Shown: in pieces, positions 51,201-64,000 of the stretch | How the letters are laid out: the number at the start of each line of letters is the position of its first letter | Numbering within the stretch: the stretch's first letter is position 1 | Assembly (NCBI RefSeq): GCF_009914755.1 | Contig: NC_060926.1 | Direction: 5' to 3' (one strand) | Source of the DNA: the human T2T-CHM13v2.0 reference genome, Homo sapiens | Length of the DNA stretch: 64,000 nucleotides | Notes under the pieces: generated by a model | What the model saw: the letters and a program-made list of their open reading frames with translations, nothing else | What the model was told of the DNA's origin: nothing | Database searches by the model: none | Made by a program: the position numbers and the translations under genes

Positions 51201-54200
51201 GACAGAAGCATTCTCAGAAGCTTCATTGGGATGTTTCAATTGAAGTCACAGTGTTGAACAGTCCCTTTCATAGAGCAGGTTTGAAACACTCTTTTTGTAG
51301 TATCTGGAAGTGGACATTTGGAACGCTCTCAGGACTGCGGTGAAAAAGGAAATATCTTCCAATAAAAGCTAGATAGAAGCAATGTCAGAAACTTTTTCAT
51401 GATGTATCTACTCAGCTAACAGAGTTGAAACTTTCTTTTGAGAGAGCAGTTTTGAAACACTCTTTTTGTGGAATCTGCAAGTGCATATTTGTCTAGCTTT
51501 GAGGATTTCGTTGGAAACGGGATTACATATAAAAAGCAGACAGCAGCATTCCCAGTAACTTCTTTGTGATGTTTGCATTCAAGTCACAGAGTTGAACATT
51601 CCCTTTCATAGAGCAGGTTTGAAACACTTTTTTTGTAGTATCTGGATGTGGACATTTGGAGCGCTTTCAGGCCTATGGTGAAAAAGGAAATATCTTCCAA
51701 TAAAAGCTACATAAAAGCAATGTCAGAAACTTTTTCATGATGTATCTACTCAGCTAACAGAGTTGAACCTTTCTTTTGAGAGAGCAGTTTTGAAACACTC
51801 TTTTTGTGGAATCTGGAAGTGGATATTTGTCTAGTTTTGAGGATTTCGTTGGAAACGGGATTACATATAAAAAGCAGACAGCAGCATTCCCAGTAACTTC
51901 TTTGTGATGTTTGCATTCAAGTCACAGAGTTGAACATTCCCTTTCATAGAGCAGGTTTGAAACACTCTTTTTGTAGTATCTGGATGTGGACATTTGGAGC
52001 GCTTTCAGGCCTATTGTGAAAAAGGAAATATCTTCCCCTGAAAACTAGACAGAAGAATTCTCAGAATCTTATTTGTGATGTGCGCCCTCAACTAACAGTG
52101 TTGAAGCTTTCTTTTGATAGAGCAGTTTTGAAACACTCTTTTTGTAAAATCTGCAAGAGGATATTTGGATAGCTTTGAGGATTTCGTTGGAAACGGGATT
52201 GTCTTCATATAAACTCTACACAGAAGCATTCTCAGAAGCGTCATTGGGATGTTTCAATTGAAGTCACAGTGTTGAACAGTCCCTTTCATAGAGCAGGTTT
52301 GAAACACTCTTTTTGTAGTATCTGGATGTGGACATTTGGAGCGCTTTCAGTCCTATGGTTTAAAAGGAAATATCTTCCCCTGAAAACTAGACAGAAGCAT
52401 TCTCAGAAACTTATTTGTGATGTGCGCCTTCAACTAACAGTGTTGAAGCATTCTTTTGATAGAGCAGTTTTGAAACACTCTTTTTGTGGAATCTGCAAGT
52501 GGATATTTGTCTAGCTTTGAGGATTTCGTTGGAAACGGGATTACATATAAAAAGCAGACAGCAGCATTCCCAGAAACTTCTTTGTGATGTTTGCATTCAA
52601 GTCACAGAGTTGAACATTCCCTTTCAGAGAGCAGGTTTGAAACACTCTTTTTGTAGTATCTGGATGTGGACATTTGGAGCGCTTTCAGGCCTATGGTGAA
52701 AAAGGAAATATCTTCCCCTGAAAACTAGACAGAAGCATTCTCAGAATCTTATTTGTGATGTGCGCCCTCAACTAACAGTGTTGAAGCTTTCTTTTGATAG
52801 AGCAGTTTTGAAACACTCTTTTTGTAAAATCTGCAAGAGGATATTTGGATAGCTTTGAGGATTTCATTGGAAACGGGATTGTCTTCATATAAACTCTAGA
52901 CAGAAGCATTCTCAGAAGCTTCATTGGGATGTTTCAATTGAAGTCACAGTGTTGAACAGTCCCTTTCATAGAGCAGGTTTGAAACACTCCTTTTGTAGTA
53001 TCTGGAAGTGGACATTTGGAGCGCTCTCAGGACTGCGGTGAAAAAGGAAATATCTTCCAATAAAAGCTAGATAGAAGCAATGTCAGAAACTTTTTCATGA
53101 TGTATCTACTCAGCTAACAGAGTTGAACCTTCCTTTGAGAGAGCAGTTTTGAAACACTCTTTTTGTGGAATCTGCAAGTGGATATTTGCCTACCTTTGAG
53201 GATTTCGTTGGAAACGGGATTGTCTTCATATAAACTCTAGACAGAAGCATTCTCAGAAGCTTCATTGGGATGTTTCAATTGAAGTCACAGTGTTGAACAG
53301 TTCCTTTCATAGAACAGGTTTGAAACACTCTTTTTGTAGTATCTGGAAGTGGACATTTGGAGCGCTCTCAGGACTATGGTGAAAAAGGAAATATCTTCCA
53401 ATAAAAGCTACATAGAAGCAATGTCAGAAACTTTTTCATGATGTATCTACTCAGCTAACAGAGTTGAACCTTTCCTTTGAGAGAGCAGTTTTGAAACACT
53501 CTTTTTGTGGAATGTGCAGGTGGATATTTGTCTAGCTTTGAGGATTTCGTTGGAAACGGGATTACATATAAAAAGCAGACAGCAGCATTCCCAGTAACTT
53601 CTTTGTGATGTTTGCATTCAAGTCACAGAGTTGAACATTGCCTTTCATAGAGCAGGTTTCAAACACTCTTTTTGTAGTATCTGGATGTGGACATTTGGAG
53701 CGCTTTCAGGCCTATGGTGAAAAAGGAAATATCTTCCCCTGAAAACTAGACAGAAGCATTCTCAGAATCTTATTTGTGATGTGCGCCCTCAACTAACAGT
53801 GTTGAAGCTTTCTTTTGATAGAGCAGTTTTGAAACACTCTTTTTGTAAAATCTGCAAGAGGATATTTGGATAGCTTTGAGGATTTCGTTGGAAACGGGAT
53901 TGTCTTCATATAAACTCTAGACAGAAGCATTCTCAGAAGCTTCATTGGGATGTTTCAATTGAAGTCACAGTGTTGAACAGTTCCTTTCATAGAACAGGTT
54001 TGAAACACTCTTTTTGTAGTATCTGGAAGTGGACATTTGGAGCGCTCTCAGGCCTATGGTGAAAAAGGAAATATCTTCCAATAAAAGCTGCATAGAAGCA
54101 ATGTCAGAAACTTTTTCATGATGTATCTACTCAGCTAACAGAGTTGAACCTTTCTTTTGAGAGAGCAGTTTTGAAACACTCTTTTTGTGTAATCTGAAAG

Positions 54201-57200
54201 TGGATATTTGTCTAGCTTTGAGGATTTCGTTGGAAACGGGATTACATATAAAAAGCAGACAGCAGCATTCCCAGTAACTTCTTTGTGATGTTTGCATTCA
54301 AGTCACAGAGTTGAACATTCCCTTTCATAGAGCAGGTTTGAAACACTCTTTTTGTAGTATCTGGATGTGGACATTTGGAGCGCTTTCAGGCCTATTGTGA
54401 AAAAGGAAATATCTTCCCCTGAAAACTAGACAGAAGAATTCTCAGACACTTATTTGTGATGTGCGCCCTCAACTAACAGTGTTGAAGCTTTCTTTTGATA
54501 GAGCAGTTTTGAAACACTCTTTTTGTAATATCTGCAAGAGGATATTTGGATAGCTTTGAGGATTTCGTTGGAAACGGGATTGTCTTCATATAAACTCTAG
54601 ACAGAAGCATTCTCAGAAGCTTCATTGGGATGTTTCAATTGAAGTCACAGTGTTGAACAGTCCCTTTCATAGAGCAGGTTTGAAACACTCTTTTTGTAGT
54701 ATCTGGAAGTGGACATTTGGAGCGCTCTCAGGACTACGATGATAAAGGAAATATCTTCCAATAAAAGCTAGATAGAAGCAATGTCAGAAACTTTTTCATG
54801 ATGTATCTACTCAGCTAACAGTGTTGAAGCATTCTTTTGATAGAGCAGTTTTGAAACACTCTTTTTGTGGAATCTGCAAGTGGATATTTGTCTAGCTTTG
54901 AGGATTTCGTTGGAAACGGGATTAATTATAAAAAGCAGACAGCAGCATTCCCAGAATCTTGTTTGTGATGTTTGCATTCAAGTCACAGAGTTGAACATTC
55001 CCTTTCAGAGAGCAGGTTTGAAACACTATTTTTATAGTATCTGGATGTGGACATTTGGAGCGCTTTCAGGCCTATGATGAAAAAGGAAATATCTTCTCCT
55101 GAAAACTAGACAGAAGCATTCTCAGAATCTTATTTGTGATGTGCGCCCTCAACTAACAGTGTTGAAGCTTTCTTTTGATAGAGCAGTTTTGAAACACTCT
55201 TTTCGTAAAATCTGCAAGAGGATATTTGGATAGCTTTGAGGATTTCGTTGGAAACGGGATTGTCTTCATATAAACTCTAGACAGAAGCATTCTCAGAAGC
55301 TTCATTGGGATGTTTCAATTGAAGTCACAGTGTTGAACAGTCCCTTTCATAGAGCAGGTTTGAAACACTCTTTTTGTAGTATCTGGAAGTGGACATTTGG
55401 AGAGATCTCAGGAATACGGTGATAAAGGTAATATCTTCCAATAAAAGCTAGATAGAAGCAATGTCAGAAACTTTTTCATGATGTATCTACTCAGCTAACA
55501 GAGTTGAACATTTCTTTTGAGAGAGCAGTTTTGAAACACTCTTTTTGTGGAATCTGCAAGTGGATATTTGTCTAGCTTTGAGGATTTCGTTGGAAACGGG
55601 ATTACATATAAAAAGCAGACAGCAGCATTCCCAGTAACTTCTTTGTGATGTTTGCATTCAAGTCACAGAGTTGAACATTCCCTTTCATAGAGCAGGTTTG
55701 AAACACTTTTTTTGTAGTATCTGGATGTGGACATTTGGAGCGCTTTCAGGCCTATGGTGAAAAAGGAAATATCTTCCAATAAAAGCTACATAGAAGCAAT
55801 GTCAGAAACTTTTTCATGATGTATCTACTCAGCTAACAGAGTTGAACCTTTCTTTTGAGAGAGCAGTTTTGAAACACTCTTTTTGTAAAATCTGCAAGAG
55901 GATATTTGGATAGCTTTGAGGATTTCGTTGGAAACGGGATTGTCTTCATATAAACTCTAGACAGAAGCATTCTCAGAAGCGTCATTGGGATATTTCAATT
56001 GAAGTCACAGTGTTGAACAGTCCCTTTCATAGAGCAGGTTTGAAACACTCTTTTTGTAGTATCTGGATGTGGACATTTGGAGCGCTTTCAGGCCTATGGT
56101 TTAAAAGGAAATATCTTCCCCTGAAAACTAGACAGAAGCATTCTCAGAAACTTATTTGTGATGTGCGCCTTCAACTAACAGTGTTGAAGCATTCTTTTGA
56201 TAGAGCAGTTTTGAAACACTCTTTTTGTGGAATCTGCAAGTGGATATTTGTCTAGCTTTGAGGATTTCGTTGGAAACGGGATTACATATAAAAAGCAGAC
56301 AGCAGCATTCCCAGAAACTTCTTTGTGATGTTTGCATTCAAGTCACAGAGTTGAACATTCCCTTTCAGAGAGCAGGTTTGAAACACTCTTTTTGTAGTAT
56401 CTGGATGTGGACATTTGGAGCGCTTTCAGCCCTATGTTGAAAAAGGAAATATCTTCCCCTGAAAACTAGACAGAAGCATTCTCAGAATCTTATTTGTGAT
56501 GTGCGCCCTCAACTAACAGTGTTGAAGCTTTCTTTTGATAGAGCAGTTTTGAAACACTCTTTTTGTAAAATCTGCAAGAGGATATTTGGATAGCTTTGAG
56601 GATTTCGTTGGAAACGGGATTGTCTTCATATAAACTCTAGACAGAAGCATTCTCAGAAGCTTCATTGGGATGTTTCAATTGAAGTCACAGTGTTGAACAG
56701 TCCCTTTCATAGAGCAGGTTTGAAACACTCTTTTTGTAGTATCTGGAAGTGGACATTTAGAGCGCTCTCAGGACTGCGGTGAAAAAGGAACTATCTTCCA
56801 ATAAAAGCTAGATAGAAGCAATGTCAGAAACTTTTTCATGATGTATCTACTCAGCTAACAGAGTTGAACCTTCCTTTGAGAGAGCAGTTTTGAAACACTC
56901 TTTTTGTGGAATCTGCAAGTGGATATTTGTCTAGCTTTGAGGATTTCGTTGGAAACGGGATTACATATAAAAAGCAGACAGCAGCATTCCCAGAAACTTC
57001 TTTGTGATGTTTGCATTCAAGTCACAGAGTTGAACATTCCCTTTCATAGAGCAGGTTTGAAACACTCTTTTTGTAGTATCTGGATGTGGACATTTGCAGC
57101 GCTTTCAGGCCTAAGTTGAAAAAGGGTATATCTTCCCCTGAAAACTAGACAGAAGCATTCTCAGAAACTTATTTGTGATGTGCGCCCTCAACTAACAGTG

Positions 57201-60200
57201 TTGAAGCTTTCTTTTGATAGAGCAGTTTTGAAACACTCTTTTTGTAATATCTGCAAGAGGATATTTGGATAGCTTTGAGGATTTCGTTGGAAACGGGATT
57301 GTCTTCATATAAACTCTAGGCAGAAGCATTCTCAGAAGCTTCATTGGGATGTTTCAATTGAAGTCACAGTGTTGAACAGTTCCTTTCATAGAACAGGTTT
57401 GAAACACTCTTTTTGTAGTATCTGGAAGTGGACATTTGGAGCGCTCTCAGGACTACGGTGAAAATGGAAATATCTTCCAATAAAAGCTACATAGAAGCAA
57501 TGTCAGAAACTTTTTCATGATGTATCTACTCAGCTAACAGAGTTGAACCTTTCCTTTGAGAGAGCAGTTTTGAAACACTCTTTTTGTGGAATCTGCAAGT
57601 GGATATTTGTCTAGCTTTGAGGATTTCGTTGGAAACGGGATTACATATAAAAAGCAGACAGCAGCATTCCCAGAAACTTCTTTGTGATGTTTGCATTCAA
57701 GTCACAGAGTTGAACATTCCCTTTCATAGAGCAGGTTTGAAACACTCTTTTTGTAGTATCTGGATGTGGACATTTGGAGCGCTTTCAGGCCTATGGTGAA
57801 AAAGGAAATATCTTCCCCTGAAAACTAGACAGAAGCATTCTCAGAATCTTATTTGTGATGTGCGCCCTCAACTAACAGTGTTGAAGCTTTCTTTTGATAG
57901 AGCAGTTTTGAAACACTCTTTTTGTAAAATCTGCAAGAGGATATTTGGATAGCTTTGAGGATTTCGTTGGAAACGGGATTGTCTTCATATAAACTCTAGA
58001 CAGAAGCATTCTCAGAAGCTTCATTGGGATGTTTCAATTGAAGTCACAGTGTTGAACAGTCCCTTTCATAGAGCAGGTTTGAAACACTCTTTTTGTAGTA
58101 TCTGGAAGTGGACATTTGGAACGCTCTCAGGACTGCGGTGAAAAAGGAAATATCTTCCAATAAAAGCTAGATAGAAGCAATGTCAGAAACTTTTTCATGA
58201 TGTATCTACTCAGCTAACAGAGTTGAACCTTTCTTTTGAGAGAGCAGTTTTGAAACACTCGTTTTGTGGAATCTGCAAGTGGATATTTGTCTACCTTTGA
58301 GGATTTCGTTGGAAACGGGATTACATATAAAAAGCAGACAGCAGCATTCCCAGAAACTTCTTTGTGATGTTTGCATTCAAGTCACAGAGTTGAACATTCC
58401 CTTTCATAGAGCAGGTTTGAAACACTCTTTTTGTAGTATCTGGATGTGGACATTTGCAGCGCTTTCAGGCCTAAGGTGAAAAAGGAAATATCTTCCCCTG
58501 AAAACTAGACAGAAGAATTCTCAGAAACTTATTTGTGATGTGCGCCCTCAACTAACAGTGTTGAAGCTTTCTTTTGATAGAGCAGTTTTGAAACACTCTT
58601 TTTGTAAAATCTGCAAGAGGATATTTGGATAGCTTTGAGGATTTCGTTGGAAACGGGATTGTCTTCATATAAACTCTAGACAGAAGCATTCTCAGAAGCT
58701 TCATTGGGATGTTTCAATTGAAGTCACAGTGTTGAACAGTCCCTTTCATAGAGCAGGTTTGAAACACTCTTTTTGTAGTATCTGGAAGTGGACATTTGGA
58801 ACGCTCTCAGGACTGCGGTGAAAAAGGAAATATCTTCCAATAAAAGCTACATAGAAGCAATGTCAGAAACTTTTTCATGATGTATCTACTCAGCTAACAG
58901 AGTTGAACCTTTCTTTTGAGAGAGCAGTTTTGAAACACTCTTTTTGTAAAATCTGCAAGAGGATATTTGGATAGCTTTGAGGATTTCGTTGGAAACGGGA
59001 TTGTCTGCATATAAACTCTAGACAGAAGCATTCTCAGAAGCGTCATTGGGATGTTTCAATTGAAGTCACAGTGTTGAACAGTCCCTTTCATAGAGCAGGT
59101 TTGAAACACTCTTTTTGTAGTATCTGGATGTGGACATTTGGAGCGCTTTCAGGCCTATGGTTTAAAAGGAAATATCTTCCCCTGAAAACTAGACAGAAGC
59201 ATTCTCAGAAACTTATTTGTGATGTGCGCCTTCAACTAACAGTGTTGAAGCATTCTTTTGATAGAGCAGTTTTGAAACACTCTTTTTGTGGAACCTGCAA
59301 GTGGATATTTGTCTAGCTTTGAGGATTTCGTTGGAAACGGGATTACATATAAAAAGCAGACAGCAGCATTCCCAGAAACTTCTTTGTGATGTTTGCATTC
59401 AAGTCACAGAGTTGAACATTCCCTTTCATAGAGCAGGTTTGAAACACTCTTTTTGTAGTATCTGGATGTGGACATTTGGAGCGCTTTCAGCCCTATGGTG
59501 AAAAAGGAAATATCTTCCCCTGAAAACTAGACAGAAGCATTCTCAGAATCTTATTTGTGATGTGCGCCCTCAACTAACAGTGTTGAAGCTTTCTTTTGAT
59601 AGAGCAGTTTTGAAACACTCTTTTTGTAAAATCTGCAAGAGGATATTTGGATAGCTTTGAGGATTTCGTTGGAAGCGGGATTGTCTTCATATAAACTCTA
59701 GACAGAAGCATTCTCAGAAGCTTCATTGGGATGTTTCAATTGAAGTCACAGTGTTGAACAGTCCCTTTCATAGAGCAGGTTTGAAACACTCTTTTTGTAG
59801 TATCTGGAAGTGGACATTTGGAGCGCTCTCAGGACTGCGGTGAAAAAGGAACTATCTTCCAATAAAAGCTAGATAGAAGCAATGTCAGAAACTTTTTCAT
59901 GATGTATCTACTCAGCTAACAGAGTTGAACCTTCCTTTGAGAGAGCAGTTTTGAAACACTCTTTTTGTGGAATCTGCAAGTGGATATTTGTCTAGCTTTG
60001 AGGATTTCGTTGGAAACGGGATTACATATAAAAAGCAGACAGCAGCATTCCCAGAAACTTCTTTGTGATGTTTGCATTCAAGTCACAGAGTTGAACATTC
60101 CCTTTCATAGAGCAGGTTTGAAACACTCTTTTTGTAGTATCTGGATGTGGACATTTGCAGCGCTTTCAGGCCTAAGGTGAAAAAGGAAATATCTTCCCCT

Positions 60201-63200
60201 GAAAACTAGACAGAAGCATTCTCAGAAACTTATTTGTGATGTGCGCCCTCAACTAACAGTGTTGAAGCTTCCTTTTGATAGAGCAGTTTTGAAACACTCT
60301 TTTTGTAATATCTGCAAGAGGATATTTGGATAGCTTTGAGGATTTCGTTGGAAACGGGATTGTCTTCATATAAACTCTAGACAGAAGCATTCTCAGAAGC
60401 TTCATTGGGATGTTTCAATTGAAGTCACAGTGTTGAACAGTTCCTTTCATAGAACAGGTTTGAAACACTCTTTTTGTAGTATCTGGAAGTGGACATTTGG
60501 AGCGCTCTCAGGACTACGGTGAAAATGGAAATATCTTCCAATAAAAGCTACATAGAAGCAATGTCAGAAACTTTTTCATGATGTATCTACTCAGCTAACA
60601 GAGTTGAACCTTTCCTTTGAGAGAGCAGTTTTGAAACACTCTTTTTGTGGAATCTGCAAGTGGATATTTGTCTAGCTTTGAGGATTTCGTTGGAAACGGG
60701 ATTACATATAAAAAGCAGACAGCAGCATTCCCAGAATCTTCTTTGTGATGTTTGCATTCAAGTCACAGAGTTGAACATTCCCTTTCATAGAGCAGGTTTC
60801 AAACACTCTTTTTGTAGTATCTGGATGTGGACATTTGGAGCGCTTTCAGGCCTATGGTGAAAAAGGAAATATCTTCCCCTGAAAACTAGACAGAAGCATT
60901 CTCAGAATCTTATTTGTGATGTGCGCCCTCAACTAACAGTGTTGAAGCTTTCTTTTGATAGAGCAGTTTTGAAACACTCTTTTTGTAATATCTGCAAGAG
61001 GATATTTGGATAGCTTTGAGGATTTCGTTGGAAACGGGATTGTCTTCATATAAACTCTAGACAGAAGCATTCTCAGAAGCTTCATTGGGATGTTTCAATT
61101 GAAGTCACAGTGTTGAACAGTCCCTTTCATAGAGCAGGTTTGAAACACTCTTTTTGTAGTATCTGGAAGTGGACATTTGGAACGCTCTCAGGACTGCGGT
61201 GAAAAAGGAAATATCTTCCAATAAAAGCTAGATAGAAGCAATGTCAGAAACTTTTTCATGATGTATCTACTCAGCTAACAGAGTTGAACCTTTCTTTTGA
61301 GAGAGCAGTTTTGAAACACTCTTTTTGTGGAATCTGCAAGTGCATATTTGTCTAGCTTTGAGGATTTCGTTGGAAACGGGATTACATATAAAAAGCAGAC
61401 AGCAGCATTCCCAGTAACTTCTTTGTGATGTTTGCATTCAAGTCACAGAGTTGAACATTCCCTTTCATAGAGCAGGTTTGAAACACTTTTTTTGTAGTAT
61501 CTGGATGTGGACATTTGGAGCGCTTTCAGGCCTATGGTGAAAAAGGAAATATCTTCCAATAAAAGCTACATAAAAGCAATGTCAGAAACTTTTTCATGAT
61601 GTATCTACTCAGCTAACAGAGTTGAACCTTTCTTTTGAGAGAGCAGTTTTGAAACACTCTTTTTGTGGAATCTGGAAGTGGATATTTGTCTAGTTTTGAG
61701 GATTTCGTTGGAAACGGGATTACATATAAAAAGCAGACAGCAGCATTCCCAGTAACTTCTTTGTGATGTTTGCATTCAAGTCACAGAGTTGAACATTCCC
61801 TTTCATAGAGCAGGTTTGAAACACTCTTTTTGTAGTATCTGGATGTGGACATTTGGAGCGCTTTCAGGCCTATTGTGAAAAAGGAAATATCTTCCCCTGA
61901 AAACTAGACAGAAGAATTCTCAGAATCTTATTTGTGATGTGCGCCCTCAACTAACAGTGTTGAAGCTTTCTTTTGATAGAGCAGTTTTGAAACACTCTTT
62001 TTGTAAAATCTGCAAGAGGATATTTGGATAGCTTTGAGGATTTCGTTGGAAACGGGATTGTCTTCATATAAACTCTACACAGAAGCATTCTCAGAAGCGT
62101 CATTGGGATGTTTCAATTGAAGTCACAGTGTTGAACAGTCCCTTTCATAGAGCAGGTTTGAAACACTCTTTTTGTAGTATCTGGATGTGGACATTTGGAG
62201 CGCTTTCAGGCCTATGGTTTAAAAGGAAATATCTTCCCCTGAAAACTAGACAGAAGCATTCTCAGAAACTTATTTGTGATGTGCGCCTTCAACTAACAGT
62301 GTTGAAGCATTCTTTTGATAGAGCAGTTTTGAAACACTCTTTTTGTGGAATCTGCAAGTGGATATTTGTCTAGCTTTGAGGATTTCGTTGGAAACGGGAT
62401 TACATATAAAAAGCAGACAGCAGCATTCCCAGAAACTTCTTTGTGATGTTTGCATTCAAGTCACAGAGTTGAACATTCCCTTTCAGAGAGCAGGTTTGAA
62501 ACACTCTTTTTGTAGTATCTGGATGTGGACATTTGGAGCGCTTTCAGGCCTATGGTGAAAAAGGAAATATCTTCCCCTGAAAACTAGACAGAAGCATTCT
62601 CAGAATCTTATTTGTGATGTGCGCCCGCAACTAACAGTGTTGAAGCTTTCTTTTGATAGAGCAGTTTTGAAACACTCTTTTTGTAAAATCTGCAAGAGGA
62701 TATTTGGATAGCTTTGAGGATTTCATTGGAAACGGGATTGTCTTCATATAAACTCTAGACAGAAGCATTCTCAGAAGCTTCATTGGGATGTTTCAATTGA
62801 AGTCACAGTGTTGAACAGTACCTTTCATAGAGCAGGTTTGAAACACTCCTTTTGTAGTATCTGGAAGTGGACATTTGGAGCGCTCTCAGGACTGCGGTGA
62901 AAAAGGAACTATCTTCCAATAAAAGCTAGATAGAAGCAATGTCAGAAACTTTTTCATGATGTATCTACTCAGCTAACAGAGTTGAACCTTCCTTTGAGAG
63001 AGCAGTTTTGAAACACTCTTTTTGTGGAATCTGCAAGTGGATATTTGTCTAGCTTTGAGGATTTCGTTGGAAACGGGATTGTCTTCATATAAACTCTAGA
63101 CAGAAGCATTCTCAGAAGCTTCATTGGGATGTTTCAATTGAAGTCACAGTGTTGAACAGTTCCTTTCATAGAACAGGTTTGAAACACTCTTTTTGTAGTA

Positions 63201-64000
63201 TCTGGAAGTGGACATTTGGAGCGCTCTCAGGACTATGGTGAAAAAGGAAATATCTTCCAATAAAAGCTACATAGAAGCAATGTCAGAAACTTTTTCATGA
63301 TGTATCTACTCAGCTAACAGAGTTGAACCTTTCCTTTGAGAGAGCAGTTTTGAAACACTCTTTTTGTGGAATCTGCAGGTGGATATTTGTCTAGCTTTGA
63401 GGATTTCGTTGGAAACGGGATTACATATAAAAAGCAGACAGCAGCATTCCCAGTAACTTCTTTGTGATGTTTGCATTCAAGTCACAGAGTTGAACATTGC
63501 CTTTCATAGAGCAGGTTTCAAACACTCTTTTTGTAGTATCTGGATGTGGACATTTGGAGCGCTTTCAGGCCTATGGTGAAAAAGGAAATATCTTCCCCTG
63601 AAAACTAGACAGAAGCATTCTCAGAATCTTATTTGTGATGTTCGCCCTCAACTAACAGTGTTGAAGCTTTCTTTTGATAGAGCAGTTTTGAAACACTCTT
63701 TTTGTAAAATCTGCAAGAGGATATTTGGATAGCTTTGAGGATTTCGTTGGAAACGGGATTGTCTTCATATAAACTCTAGACAGAAGCATTCTCAGAATCT
63801 TCATTGGGATGTTTCAATTGAAGTCACAGTGTTGAACAGTCCCTTTCATAGAGCAGGTTTCAAACACTCTTTTTGTAGTATCTGGATGTGGACATTTGGA
63901 GCGCTTTCAGGCCTATGGTTTAAAAGGAAATATCTTCCCCTGAAAACTAGACAGAAGCATTCTCAGAAACTTATTTGTGATGTGCGCCCTCAACTAACAG
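30290..64000 (+). repeat. Three-copy ~9-10 kb macro-repeat: ~30.3-40.9 kb, ~45.6-53.9 kb and ~54.1-64 kb (offsets 13933/13253, 9859 and 23112 bp)
   Basis: ORF triplets 35959/49212/59071, 39016/52269/62128 and 32898/46831/56010. Markers present in all three copies: actctaggcag, gtctgcatat, ggaacctgc, gtgcatattt, ctctacacag, and the CENP-B variant tttcattgg. Confidence 0.9.
40250..46900 (+). repeat. Distal copy of block ~2200-8850 (offset 38053/38052 bp)
   Basis: ORF pairs 2664/40717, 3847/41899, 4700/42752, 5595/43647, 6274/44326 and 7419/45471. Shared markers: acatatgaaa, gaggtttgcattcaagtgac, gccatcaact, ttgaagtatctggttg, cgggtttgtc. The offset shifts by 1 at a single-G deletion near 41790 (tatctgaagtgg). 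Confidence 0.88.

Larger units (their letters stand above)
1..64000 (+). repeat. Centromeric alpha-satellite higher-order repeat array, dimeric SF2 type, 680-bp tetramer HOR with structural variants; most likely human chromosome 2 D2Z1
   Basis: Continuous ~171-bp tandem monomers with alphoid motifs (cagaagcattctcagaaact, ttgaaacactctttttgt, tggatatttgga) from the first to the last base. CENP-B-box and pJ-alpha-type monomers alternate. The alpha-satellite call is essentially certain. The D2Z1 assignment rests on recalled knowledge of its 4-monomer, 680-bp XbaI repeat and is less certain (about 0.8) without an alignment. Confidence 0.98.

Noticed and set aside
289-62558. Over a hundred 60-94 aa ORFs on both strands (e.g. 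MLNSPFHRAG..., MWNLQVDICL..., MQTSQRSFWECCC..., MEDISFFTIG...)
   Set aside because: They are chance translations of satellite monomers. They recur with the repeat period, many begin at GTG/TTG, they open or close with single variants (cagtaac vs cagaaac; tggtga vs tggttt), and they show no recognisable domain. I used them only as positional markers.
1-64000. L1, Alu or other insertion, or a strand inversion within the array
   Set aside because: I saw no non-alphoid stretch, poly-A tail or reverse-oriented CENP-B box (TCCCGTTTCCAACGAAA) while reading through. Very small events could have been missed by eye.

Overview
The whole 64 kb window is one uninterrupted, single-orientation array of primate (most likely human) centromeric alpha-satellite DNA. 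It is built from four monomer types, called here A (171 bp, CENP-B box), B (171 bp, pJ-alpha type), C (167 bp, CENP-B box) and D (171 bp, pJ-alpha type). These form a 680-bp tetramer higher-order repeat (HOR) with one XbaI site per canonical unit, which matches the dimeric suprachromosomal family 2 and most likely the active chromosome 2 array D2Z1. I see no genes, RNA genes, transposon insertions or inversions; all listed ORFs are repeat-derived artefacts. I found no new gene system. What is worth studying is the array's internal architecture, read from shared single-base variants: nested multi-kb duplications (offsets 8493, 11550, 6795, 1698, 38052, 13933/13253, 9859 and 23112 bp), many hybrid monomers, two exact 680-bp indels with narrowly mapped breakpoints, short apparent gene-conversion patches and a few CpG-mutated CENP-B boxes. 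Every rearrangement I traced preserves the every-other-monomer (~340 bp) CENP-B box phasing. All comparisons were made by eye, so block boundaries are approximate and counts are not computed.
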